Positions 20,401 through 32,499 of a stretch of DNA of 64,000 nucleotides are shown in pieces; the first letter of the stretch is position 1, and the number at the start of each line of letters is the position of its first letter. The position numbers and the translations under genes are program-made. Origin of the DNA: Macrostomum lignano (lineage: Eukaryota); NCBI GenBank assembly GCA_002269645.1, contig NIVC01001178.1:280003-344002 (forward strand), read 5' to 3'. The notes under the pieces are model-generated. The model searched no databases and was not told where the DNA came from. It was given only the letters and a program-made list of their open reading frames with translations.

Positions 20401-23244
20401 AAACAGTTAAGATTTTTTAAAGATTTCGAAAGATCTCAAAGATCTCTAGATGCGCGGCGCATTGAAGGCTGCGTACGGCTGTTCAGTCCAAGGACTGCTG
20501 GGGGTCGCCACACAGCCTCAATTACCCCAGCTAATGCTGGCACCCATTTTACAGCTGGGTGAACTGAAGCAATGCAGAGTTAGGTGTCCTACTTAAGGAC
20601 ACAAATTTTTTCGAGTGGATCGCGAAACCGTGAGTCCGATGCTAATAGGACTAATAGGACAAGAATCACTCGCACACAGGGGCGTCGCCATGGATTTTAT
20701 GGTGGGGGGACAAAGCCAATAATTATACATGTACATGACTAAATTCTTGTATATGTACATTATTTTCAGAATCGGTGTTGTAGGCACTCATTTTAGCGCC
20801 GCAGGCACTCATTTTAGCGCCGCAGGCACTCATTTTAGCGCCGCAGGCACTCATTTTAGCGTCGCAGGCACTTATTTTAGCGTCGCAGGCACTCATTTTA
20901 GCGCCGCAGGCACTCATTTTAGCGTCGCAGGCACTCATTTTAGCGCCGCAGGAACTCATTTTAGCGTCGCAGGCACTCATTTTAGCGTCGCAGGCACTCA
21001 TTTTAGCGTCGCAGGCACTCATTTTAGCGCCGCAGGCACTCATTTTAGCGCCGCAGGCACTCATTTTAGCGTCGCAGGCACTCATTTTAGCGTCGCAGGC
21101 ACTCATTTTAGCGTCGCAGGCACTCATTTTAGCGCCGCAGGCACTCATTTTAGCGCCGCAGGCACTCATTTTAGCGTCGCAGGCACTCATTTTAGCGTCG
21201 CAGGCACTCATTTTAGCGTCGCAGGCACTCATTTTAGCGCCGCAGGCACTCATTTTAGCGCCGCAGGCACTCATTTTAGCGCCGCAGGCACTCATTTTAG
21301 CGTCGCAGGCACTCATTTTAGCGTCGCAGGCACTCATTTTAGCGTCGCAGGCACTCATTTTAGCGCCGCAGGCACTCATTTTAGCGCCGCAGGCACTCAT
21401 TTTAGCGTCGCAGGCACTCATTTTAGCGTCGCAGGCACTCATTTTAGCGTCGCAGGCACTCATTTTAGCGCCGCAGGCACTCATTTTAGCGCCGCAGGCA
21501 CTCATTTTAGCGCCGCAGGCACTCATTTTAGCGCCACAGGCACTCATTTTAGCGCCGCAGGCACTCATTTTAGCGCCGCAGGCACTCATTTTAGCGCCGC
21601 AGGCACTCATTTTAGCGCCACAGGCACTCATTTTAGCGTCGCAGGCACTCATTTTAGCGTCGCAGGCACTCATTTTAGCGCCACAGGCACTCATTTTAGC
21701 GCCGCAGGCACTCATTTTAGCGTCGCAGGCACTCATTTTAGCGTCGCAGGCACTCATTTTAGCGTCGCAGGCACTCATTTTAGCGCCACAGGCACTCATT
21801 TTAGCGTCGCAGGCACTCATTTTAGCGCCACAGGCACTCATTTTAGCGCCGCAGGCACTCATTTTGGCGCCACAGGCACTCATTTTAGAACCGCAGGCAC
21901 TCATTTTAGCGCCGCAGGCACTCATTTTAGCGCCGCAGGCACTCATTTTGGCGCCACAGGCACTCATTTTAGCGCCGCAGGCACTCATTTTAGCGTCGCA
22001 GGCACTCATTTTAGCGCCGCAGGCACTCATTTTAGCGCCTCAGGCACTCATTTTAGCGCCGCAGGCACTCATTTTGGCGCCACAGGCACTCATTTTAGCG
22101 CCGCAGGCACTCATTTTAGTGCCGCAGGCACTCATTTTAGCGTCGCAGGCACTCATTTTAGCGTCGCAGGCACTCATTTTAGCGCCGCAGGCACTCATTT
22201 TAGCGCCGCAGGCACTCATTTTAGCGTCGCAGGCACTCATTTTAGCGTCGCAGGCACTCATTTTAGCGTCGCAGGCACTCATTTTAGCGCCGCAGGCACT
22301 CATTTTAGCGCCGCAGGCACTCATTTTAGCGCCGCAGGCACTCATTTTAGCGTCGCAGGCACTCATTTTAGCGCCGCAGGCACTCATTTTAGCGCCGCAG
22401 GCACTCATTTTAGCGTCGCAGGCACTCATTTTAGCGTCGCAGGCACTCATTTTAGCGTCGCAGGCACTCATTTTAGCGCCGCAGGCACTCATTTTAGCGT
22501 CGCAGGCACTCATTTTGGCGCCACAGGCACTCATTTTAGCGCCGCAGGCACTCATTTTGGCGCCACAGGCACTCATTTTGGCGCCGCAGGCACCCATTTT
22601 GGCGCCACAGGCACTCTGTTTTGTCGCCCTGCAGCAAAATTATTGATTTCCATAACGGGTCACAAGGTGGGGTTGGGAAGAATTGGCAATTTGGAAGGGG
22701 ACATGTCCCCCCTGTCCCCCTCCCATTGGCGACGCTTCTCGCACACCCAAAGACGCAGTCACCACAATATATCAGATATATCTGAAGGTACCTAAAATCA
22801 TGTCATAGAGCCATACATTTTTCAGTCATAGTCCTGCAATGTAGTTTTAAACAAGCCAAACTTTACCTTTGCACAGACGCCACAGGAAGCCGTAATTCAC
22901 TGAGCCATCCGAGTTAATCCAGTCAGTTCGAGCTGGCCAACCGGTCGTGGCAAAACGTTTTAACAAAACCGGTTGATTTGCGTGTAAATATCTGCAGTGA
23001 ATCAGCAGTTTATATACGAAGTTCTTTAGTTAGTCAAAAATGGTTTAAGGGGGTGTAGTTACATGTACAAGGAGCAATGGACAGTGATTATTTCTAACTT
23101 TCTACCCTTTCAATTGCATAAAAAAGCATCTACAAACCTGCGATAAATCTCCTTCGGATCACACTCCTCAGTTAAAACCGTCACGGGCAGTTCCTCTCCG
23201 AGTTGTAGTTTCTCAAACCTCGCAACTCGATCGGCAGAATCCAT
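17492..23244 (-). CDS. JMJD4: JmjC-domain 2OG/Fe(II) oxygenase JMJD4, 5 exons, ~411 aa
   Basis: Exons (minus) 23244-23138, 22991-22867, 20385-20079, 18595-18208, 17800-17492; all GT-AG with matching phases; motifs LYLKDWH, SDWLNEY, YRFVYLGP, TPFHCDVFGSYSWS, FVPSGWHHQV, ISINHNW. Confidence 0.93.
18790..19890. repeat. 23-bp minisatellite (GAGTGCTCAATAGAGATTCTCAA) in JMJD4 intron 3
   Basis: Visible directly. Confidence 0.95.
20463..20660 (-). mobile_element. tRNA-derived SINE copy, head degraded, in JMJD4 intron 2
   Basis: Shares ctcaattaccccagctaatgctggcacccattttacagctgggtgaactgaagcaatgcagagtt with the copy at 54408-54634. Confidence 0.8.
20677..22737. mobile_element. hAT-type MITE carrying an internal minisatellite
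   Basis: Left end CAGGGGCGTCGCCA, right end TGGCGACGCTT; 8-bp direct repeat CTCGCACA at 20669-20676 and 22738-22745. Confidence 0.7.
20772..22612. repeat. 21-bp minisatellite (GCG[C/T]CGCAGGCACTCATTTTA), ~88 units
   Basis: Visible directly; variant units interspersed. Confidence 0.98.
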
Positions 23245-23839
23245 CTCATTAAAATATGATTGTGTTTTGTTATTGAATTTCAACTTCTTGTAGTCGTCTC
23301 TGAAATAAGATGTACTTTTAAGCTTCTGAAAGTCATACAGACGGAACGCGTTATCAATTCAACTTTTTTCCTAGTTTGAAATAGTTAAGCTACAGAACAG
23401 CCGACAATGTGCCTGTATGCCCATAATGTAGGACTTTTAAAAAAGAAACTTTAATGTCAAAACCTTCTAGCCTAGGAAAAACTAATTGCATACCAATACA
23501 GACGTACAAAGGATGTGAGAGTTAAAACTCTTTGAACTTCTCTCAATATTCGCGGTGTCCAGCGTTAAAAGGTTCTGCAAATACGTATTTCCGTATATAT
23601 ATATACCTGTGTAAGCATTTTTAAGTGAATTTTGCGAATCGGCTTTACTTTTAAGACGATATCCCTAATAGTATTTAACCTATGCAGGAATGTTCACTGT
23701 CGACACTCAAAAACCTAACCAAGGACGTTTCGCTTACACCAGCTCGAAAGTTCACATTTACGAAATCGTGAAGATTTGTGAGCTAGCGGAAATGACTATG
23801 TAGCAACACGTTTCGGTGATGTGAAATTTGGAGCTTTTG

Positions 23840-24124
23840 AAATATCGAGCTTGTGAAGTCTCGAGCTTGTGAAGTCTCGAGCTTATGAAGTCTCGAGTTT
23901 GTGAAGTCTCGAGCTTATGAAGTCTCGAGTTTGTGAAGTCTCGAGCTTGTGAAGTCTCGAGCTTGTGAAGTCTCGAGCTTGTGAAGTCTCGAGCTTGTGA
24001 AGTCTCGAGCTTATGAAGTCTCGAGTTTGTGAAGTCTCGAGTTTGTGAAGTCTCGAGTTTGTGAAGTCTCGAGTTTGTGAAGTCTCGAGCTTGTGAAGTC
24101 TCGAGCTTGTGAAGTCTCGAGCTT
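23840..24124. repeat. 16-bp minisatellite (GAGCTTGTGAAGTCTC) between NUDT8 and JMJD4
   Basis: Visible directly. Confidence 0.95.
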
Positions 24125-24601
24125 ACAATATGAAACGCCCACTATTCAAGGATCACTAGGAAGTCTCATAATCCCAGCCAGAACACCAGATACTAAGACC
24201 GTACACCCGGCATCATATCCTGATCAACCTCTTTTTTAAGATATGCTCGCAGATTAAATTTTAGTAAAACACTTTCAGAAAACCAAAAAGTGATTGCTTT
24301 ACCTATGGCAGTTTTGGCCAATAAAAAACCAACATATATTTTTATTTAACATTGAATCGAAAATAAATTTAGAACAGACAATCGAAATAAGTATGCAAAT
24401 AAAATATAATTAAAAGAACTAACTGTGTACCAGATAAGAGACAATCAAGGAACTGAAAAAGCGCAATACAAGTTAAAACAAAAAAATCTACATTTCATGG
24501 CGCACAAAATGATACATCAAAATAGAAAAACTCTATTGAATAAAATAGTGCTAAAATAGGGCTATAGTACTTATAGTAAAGCAGCAAAGTTAAAAGGATG
24601 T

Positions 24602-26820
24602 CTAAGAGCCAACCAATGGTTTTGACTTTTTCAAAACAGCTTCACCTTCAATTTGCATTCGGTTGAGCCGCTGAGGGAATTCCGGCCCCAGCAATAATCG
24701 CAGGGCAACAAAAGTGAAAACAGCGGTCAGACCCCAGATCCTGGGCAGCTGATCCCTGAGAACAGGCACTGCGTACCGACCATAACCTGGCCTGTCAAAT
24801 ACTGTGTAGCCCCAGGCACCCGGCTTGTCCAACAGGTGTTCCAGCGATCGAAACAGAACAAGCGACACCTCATCAGGATTTGCTCTCAGCTCACTTAGGC
24901 TGGCCAATTCACCGCAGTATCCGATCACAGGTGTGACTGCGAATTTGGCAGATGTCTGAAATTGCATAGGGCTAGTTTAGATTAGATTAGATCGGATCAG
25001 ATTAGATGAGATTAGATAAGATCAGGTCAGATCAGATTAGATTAAATCAGAGTAGATTAGATTAGATTAGATTATATTATATAAGATTAGATCAGAGTAG
25101 ATTCGATTCGATTAGATAAGATTAGCTCAGATCAGAGTAGATTCGATTCGATTAGATAAGATTAACTCAGACCAGATTAGATTAGATCGGAGTAGAATAG
25201 ATTAGATCAGAGTAGATTAGATTAGATTAGACTAAACCAGAGTAGATTAAATTAGATTAGATCATATTATATAAGATTAGATCAGAGTAGATTCGATTCG
25301 ATTAGATCAGATTAGCTCAGAGTAGATTAGATTAGATCAGAGTAGATTTGATTAGATCAGATTAGAGTAGATTAGATTGGATTAGATCAGATTAGCTCAG
25401 ATCAGATTAGATTAGATCAGAGTAGATTTTATTAGATTAGATAAGAGTAGATTAGATTAGATCAGAGTAGATTTGATTGATTAGATTAGATTAGATAAGA
25501 GTAGATTAGATTAGATAAGAGTAGATTAGTTCAGATTAGAGTAGATTAGATTAGATCAGATTAGAGTAGATTAGATTACATTCGATTAGAATTTCTTTTT
25601 TACAAACACATTCAATAGGAACTTCAGCGTTAAAAACATTTTATTCTTTAATGAAACTAAGAATAATGACTATTCAAGGCTTTATACAAGCACACTATGA
25701 ACTTTTATTTAATTTACCCTTTTTTAGCTGACAGATAAAAGATTGCTAGTTCAATCAATAATCTACACTAATAACAGTAAGTATATCCCCAGGCAGCAAC
25801 TATCAACAGTCAAGCAATATTGTACAAATCAACAGTTTCTCACAGTATGCGACCGATGGGCACCCCAAACGTCGACCCGACCAGCCGACAAGCCAATCTC
25901 CTCTTCGGCCTCCCTCAGAGCTGTCGCAGCCGCCCAGCTCAACTCAAGGTCGGAGTCGCAGTCCCTTCCGGTGGAGTTTAATTCGCGCACACCGCCAGGG
26001 AAGCTGACCTACAATGCAGTGTAGCGCAATTTGATTTATAGGTCTGCGGCGCAGCGGTATCGCGTCTGTCTTCGGTTCAGGAGGACCCGGGTTCGATCCC
26101 TGGTCCTACTTGCAATAATTTTAGGAAAAATATTTTTTTAATAAAAAAACTCGTATTATTACTACTAGTAGAGTATTAAAAATATTTTCTTGTTAATTAT
26201 TTATCATATTATTTTATATATTTTTTATTATGAGTAGAGTATTCAATAAATTTTCATTATTACTTTTTTGGTGCATGTAATATTTCGCCATTTCTACTGT
26301 TTAGTAGAGTGTCGAGGAAAGGCTATGTGTAGAAATATCGATATTTATTTAATTTTAACATGTACACAATGATTTAATCAGACTTTGCTACTTAGAAACA
26401 ATCCTTATTAAAAATGGGTGCCAGAATTAGCTGTGGCAATTGAATGTGTATGTAGCGACCCCCATCTGACCCATTAGGGCCGGTGTAATCAATTATTATT
26501 ATTATTATTATTATGCCAATCAATTTTGCCAGCTAGCTGCCTACCTGCCCACTGTGGCTCCTGAGCTGGCCGGAACGCACGGTGTACAGGAGCCCGGGTC
26601 CGACGTCCTTCAGCACGCAGAACGGCACCAACACGCTGGCCTGTCGATGATCTGCGGAAGCTGGGACGGACACTGGATGAGGCAGCCGCTGAGCCTGCTT
26701 CTGCAGAGCTTCAATGCAGCGTAGGCGGTTGGCACCTTCGAACAGGTGGCAGCGATGCATGCGGCTGAAGGGCGGGGGAGTGTCTTGAGAGACCTCTGGG
26801 GCATCTGGCCTAAGGGACAT
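24602..26820 (-). CDS. NUDT8: Nudix hydrolase, NUDT8-like (CoA diphosphatase subfamily), 3 exons
   Basis: Exons (minus) 26820-26545, 26008-25844, 24955-24602; GLLYTVRS..HSGQ/VSFPGG, Nudix box ALREAEEEIG, RIWGLTAV. Confidence 0.88.
24975..25590. repeat. (AGATT)n-type pentanucleotide satellite in NUDT8 intron 2
   Basis: Visible directly. Confidence 0.95.
26041..26110 (+). pseudogene. tRNA-like sequence (Arg-TCG-like anticodon arm), probable SINE head or tRNA pseudogene
   Basis: A-box-like CGGCGCAGCGGT, arm TCTGT-CTTCGGT-TCAGG, B-box GGTTCGATCCC; acceptor stem does not pair; SINE 3' fragment with (ATT)n at ~26412-26513 on the same strand. Confidence 0.65.
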
Positions 26821-26869
26821 GCCAATTACGCTTTGTATGCAACTAAGGCTTGAGACTTGGGATTCAAAG

Positions 26870-27260
26870 TGTGATTCTTAGAAAAGCAGTGTGATTCTTA
26901 GGATATTCAGTGTGATTCTTAGAAAGTCAGAGTTTGATTCTTAGAAAACCAGGGTGTGATTCTTAGAAAACCAGGGTGTGATTCTTAGAATTTGCAGTGT
27001 GATTCTTAGAATTATGCAGTGTGATTCTTAGAATATGCAGTGTGATTCTTAGAAAACCAGGGTGTGATTCTTAGAATTTGCAGTGTGATTCTTAGAATTA
27101 TGCAGTGTGATTCTTAGAATATGCAGTGTGATTCTTAGAATATGCAGTGTGATTCTTAGAACATTCAGTGTGATTCTTAGAACATTCAGTGTGATTCTTA
27201 GAACATTCAGTGTGATTCTTAGAACATTCAGTGTGATTCTCAGAACATCAAGTTTGATTC
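26870..27260. repeat. 21-bp minisatellite (CAGTGTGATTCTTAGAACATT) between RPE and NUDT8
   Basis: Visible directly. Confidence 0.9.
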
Positions 27261-27737
27261 TTATTATCTTAAATAACTCTCAGACTATTTGAATAGATTT
27301 CTTACAAAACTTTTAAAAGCGTGATTCTTAGAATACACTTGGCTTCCTAAAAAATGATTAAGATTCAAAAATGATAAATTGGTATTCTTTAAGTACAAGC
27401 ATTTTTTATTTCAAAATAGATCTTATTAGTACTAATTTATTACTATAAATTAAAATTCTTAGAATAAAACTCTTCAAGATATTAAAAAAATAAACGTACA
27501 ACTGGATTAGGACTTTAAAAAGCTTAATTTTTTAAAGTTTAATTTTAACACATTATAATAAGAAACAAGAAATTTTCATAATTGAAATTTTATCAAATAA
27601 TTTCACGTAAGTTTCATTTCTAATAATTCATAAAGCCTAAAATGCACTACAAAAATGGTTGGAAATCGCATTGCACTACAAATACCATACGAGCCTATAA
27701 CCAAGTTAATCAACGATAAAAAGTTATTTTCTATTTT

Positions 27738-29803
27738 TCAAGATTTATAAACCGATTTCAGTTGAGCAACCACAGCGGCCGGGTCTGGGCTCTTGATCAG
27801 GGCGGTGCCGGACACCAGAACGTTGGCACCGGCTGATGCGCACTGGGAAACATTGTCTGGCGTTACGCCACCATCAACTTCAATATCTAACGTGGCGTAT
27901 CGATCGCGGAGCGACTTCACTTTGGGCATCATGTCAGACATGAACGACTGACCCCCGAAGCCTGGATGCACCGTCATTACTAGGATCTGCGAGGTATATA
28001 GGATTTGGGATCGGAATGGTTAGGGTAGGAATCTAGATATTGAGATTGCGATCATTGACTTTGAGATTGAGATTATTGATTTGGAGATTGGGATTATTGG
28101 TTTAGAAATAGGGATTGATTCAGGGAGTAATAGGGAGTATTGATTTTGAGATTGGGATTATTGGTTTAGAAATAGGGATTGATTCAGGGAGTAATAGGGA
28201 GTATTGATTTTGAGATTGGGATTTTTGATTTTGAGATTGGGATTATTGATTCTGAGATACGAATTCTTGATTTTAGGATTGGGATTCTTGATTTTAGGAT
28301 TGGGATTCTTGATTTTAGGATTGGGATTCTTGATTTTAGGATTGGGATTCTTGATTTTAGGATTGGGATTCTTGATTTTAGGATTGGGATTCTTGATTTT
28401 AGGATTGGGATTCTTGATTTTAGGATTGGGATTCTTGATTTTAGGATTGGGATTCTTGATTTTAGGATTGGGATTCTTGATTTTAGGATTGGGATTCTTG
28501 ATTTTAGGATTGGGATTCTTGATTTTAGGATTGGGATTCTTGATTTTAGGATTGGGATTCTTGATTTTAGGATTGGGATTCTTGATTTTAGGATTGGGAT
28601 TCTTGATTTTAGGATTGGGATTCTTGATTTTAGGATTGGGATTCTTGATTTTAGGATTGGGATTCTTGATTTTAGGATTGGGATTCTTGATTTTAGGATT
28701 GGGATTCTTGATTTTAGGATTGGGATTCTTGATTTTAGGATTGGGATTCTTGATTTTAGGATTGGGATTCTTGATTTTAGGATTGGGATTCTTGATTTTA
28801 GGATTGGGATTCTTGATTTTAGGATTGGGATTCTTGATTTTATGATCATGGATTCGATGATATCTTGAAAAAGGGGCCTAAATGACATTGATATCAGGAA
28901 TAAAAACTACAGTCCTAGTGATTAATAGAATGAATTATTTATTAAAATTTCAATAACCTGGTCAACAGTCTCCACAAAGGGAAACACCAAATGCACAGGC
29001 GTGTCCGGGCTGATCCCAAGTCCCACTCGCATCCCATTCTCTCGGATATGCCGAATGCACTCGCTGCAAGCTTCGGTGTCAACATTCCCGACGACTGGCG
29101 AAGAAGAGTCGCTGCCGCCACCTGTGGAGCCGATTTGACAGAATGGCTCCAGGTGGAATGTGTACTGATTGGCCCCCGCACTGGCCATGGGCTGCACCCA
29201 CTGACGCGGCTTGGAGACCATCATGTGCACCTGGGAGTCAGGGTGAGAATGATGGGTGAGAAGGACATTCCTGGCTACGCGCAAAACTATTGAATTGAAA
29301 TTACTGCCTAATTGTCTCTCTGTCTGTCTGCCTGCCTGTCTGTCTGTCTGCCTGCCTGTCTGTCTGTCTGCCTGTTTTTCCGTCTGCCTGCCTGTTTTTC
29401 CGTCTGTCTGTCTCTCTGTCTGTCTGTCTATCTGTTAGTCTGCCTGTCTGTCTGCCCGTCTGCCTGTCTGTCTGTCTGTCTGCCTGCCTGCCTGTCTGTC
29501 TGTCTGCCTGTTTTTTTGTCTGTCTGCCTGCCTGTTTTTCTGTCTGTCTGTCTATCTGTTAGTCTGCCTGTCTGTCTGCCCGTCTGCCTGTCTGTCTGTC
29601 TGTCTGCCTGCCTGTTTTTCTGTCTGTCTGTCTGTCTGTCTATCTGTTAGTCTGCCTGTCTGTCTGCCCGTCTGCCTGTCTGTCTGTCTGCCTGTTTTTT
29701 TTGTCTGTCTGCCTGCCTGTTTTTCCGTCTGTCTGTCTGTCTGTCTGTCTATCTGTTAGTCTGCCTGTCTGTCTGTCTGCCTGTCTGCCTGCCTGTCTGT
29801 CTC

Positions 29804-29842
<39 letters not shown>

Positions 29843-29972
29843 GTTAGTCTGCCTGTCTGCCTGTCTGCCTGTCTGCCTGCCTGTCTGTCTGTCTGTATGT
29901 CTGCCTGCCTGTCTGTCTCTCTGTCTGTCTGTCTGTCTGCCTGTCTGTCTGTCTGTCTGTCTGCGTGCCTGC

Positions 29973-30006
<34 letters not shown>

Positions 30007-30495
30007 GTTAGTCTGCCTGTCTGTCTGTCTGCCTGTCGGTCTGCCTGCATTTTTTATGCCCAGTAGTATCTCATCAAATATCATAAATTTCTTATAACTG
30101 TATTCCTAACGACTATTTTCTCTCTGTGCCATTCTATTGCATCAAGCAAGCATCAATCCAACTGTCTCAGTGTCTGCATGCACATCTTATTAGTGTACAG
30201 TGCAGTCATATAAGCTTAGTCCAGTGGTCTCAATGCCAGCCCGAATCAGCACAAAGCATCAACTGCTAACCTCAAGAAGTACACCTGGCAGCTTTGGACG
30301 AAGGCACTGCACAACAGGATGACCAAATGTTAAATTTGGCACAAAGTGGCCATCCATGACATCCAGATGGAGAAAATCAGAACCAGCTGAAATCATTCTG
30401 TTGCATTCCGAGTGCAGCTCGGCCAGGTCTGAGTTCAGAATGGAAGCAGCAACCTTCACTGGTGGTGAATGAGGCTGACACTGTTGCGGCTGCAT
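27738..30495 (-). CDS. RPE: Ribulose-phosphate 3-epimerase, 3 exons, ~248 aa
   Basis: Exons (minus) 30495-30271, 29230-28958, 27986-27738, all phase 0; [49 protein letters not shown]. Confidence 0.96.
28040..28845. repeat. 21-bp minisatellite (GATTTTAGGATTGGGATTCTT) in RPE intron 2
   Basis: Homogeneous core 28262-28845 with degenerate left flank. Confidence 0.97.
29312..30048. repeat. Degenerate (CTGT)n microsatellite in RPE intron 1
   Basis: Visible directly. Confidence 0.97.
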
Positions 30496-31696
30496 TAGGA
30501 CTTGGTGTTTATTAAATATGAGCAAACTTAACAAGATAGTTTACCAATAGAAGATTTTCTCATAAATAAAAAGGTAATTTGCTTATTTCTCTAAGTATAA
30601 TATTTAGGTCCTAACAAACAAGTATGCCATTTTATAATAGGGGTTAATAGGGAATAATAGGAATAAACTACGAGATTAGCTAATACATATATTACTATAT
30701 TATTATAAAAGCATATGTCTAGCTAAAAGCGGACAAGAAATAATATAATAATAGTGAAGTGTATTGAAAATTGGAAATGCATCTATAATTTTTTTAGATG
30801 TATGTATGCATATACATATGTTTTCATTCTTTGAACTTTTTGCATTGTATAAATGAAATTTTTGCTGCAGTAATATAACATTAATTATTGGGCCCAATAA
30901 CTGAAACTTTTTTTGATATATTTTTATGTAGATAGGCCTAGGATACTTTCAAAATTGACCTTAATAGGGAAACAAAAATATGATATAGTTTAAAGTATTT
31001 ATCAAAATTATTTTAATTTGTTTTAATTATATATATCCATATATACATACTATATTGGCATATAATCTTATATCTAAAGCTGAGTAGACCAACTAGGTTT
31101 AAGTTTATTGTGTATCTCCCCCTAGATGACAGGCAACTCAAATGCCATACTTCTAACAGTATGATCTCAAGTTAACAGAGAGAGTCTTGATTGACTGCAA
31201 TTTGATAGAGATAGTATTCATATTAAATTGTTAAGATGCAATTTATTAGAGGATTTTGAAGGATTCTTGTTTCACAGAGAGGATTTTGATAGATTTCAAT
31301 TTCATAGAGAGTTAAAATGTGAAAGAAACATGAATAGAAAAAAGAGAAAAAAAAATAAAAAGGAGAAAAAGATAAGAGAACAAGGCAAGAGAAGAGATAA
31401 GAGCAAGAGGAGGCAATAGATTATACCAAATTTTCTAGTGCAAATCAACAATTTCTCTGACATATTTGCCATACTTATAGTGCGAAACTGCATAGTTGGA
31501 TGAATATAGGCCTATTCTATGAATTAGTAATTATTAGACTTTTGCTGATTATTGTAATATATAATTCTTTGCATCTTTTAGATGTCTTTTTATTATAATT
31601 ATAGTAATAACAATAATAATAATAGATTACACCTGCCCCAATTGGGCCAGATGTGCAACTGACAGCTCAGCTGCAGCCATTGCGTGGCACATTGTA

Positions 31697-31915
31697 AAGC
31701 TACATACAGCTGTTTAGACCAAGGACTAGGAGGTTGCCATATACTCTCAATTATCCCAGCTAATACTGATACCCATTTTATAGCTGGGTGAACTAAAGCA
31801 ATGCAGAATTAAGTGTTTTGCTCAAGGACACAAATTGTTCCAAGTGGGATTAGGAATCAAACTCCCAACCTTCAAGCTATGAGGCTGACACTCTAAACCA
31901 ATAGGCTATAACCCC
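31697..31915 (-). mobile_element. tRNA-derived SINE copy (diverged)
   Basis: Collinear with 54408-54634 over ~220 bp. Confidence 0.8.
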
Positions 31916-32499
31916 ATATTCTCCCAACCCACAAATCCTTGCATATATATAATTATAGCATGTATACAATATTTGTTCATTTTATTATGAATATAAGACT
32001 ATTCAAATTTTAATTAAATTAAATTTTCTGTCTACTATTTACTATTCACTATTATTATACAAATATATAATTTTTTATTTGATTATAAGTTAACAGTAGG
32101 AATGCAAAGCAATTTTTCCATCTATCGAACTACCAAGAGGGGGGAAATCCCCCCTCTTGGATCTCCTACTTGGAAATCCCCCCCCCAACAATTTTTTTTG
32201 CTACACCGGAACAGAGCAATGCATGCACACAAAATTCAAGAACATGGGCTAACTTTCTGTTGCACACCTTTTCAAACAAGAATCAAGTTGCCAGTCCTCT
32301 GGACTGTCAAGATATTTGATGATTCCACCAGAAGTTTGGATTTTCCCCATAAGTGCTAATGTATTCAGTACACTGTTACACCCCTGTGTGCCATTTAGCA
32401 CTGCGCCTTAGTGCAGCCAAGTCTAAATTTCATCAGCATGTCGACCACATGTGTCTGCATCAGTTCTGACTTTTTTGGTGTGGTCATTAGCCTCCACCC

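Noticed and set aside
20723-22795. 435-688-aa repetitive ORFs (AAGTHFS / MSACGAK)
   Set aside because: 21-bp intronic minisatellite within a spliced JMJD4 intron; no evidence of coding.
26041-26110. Functional tRNA gene
   Set aside because: Acceptor stem does not pair and the anticodon stem has mismatches.
28179-28888. ILDFRIG-type repeat ORFs
   Set aside because: 21-bp minisatellite in RPE intron 2.
32133-32160. Helitron 3' terminal hairpin
   Set aside because: No CTRR terminus at the expected distance on either strand.
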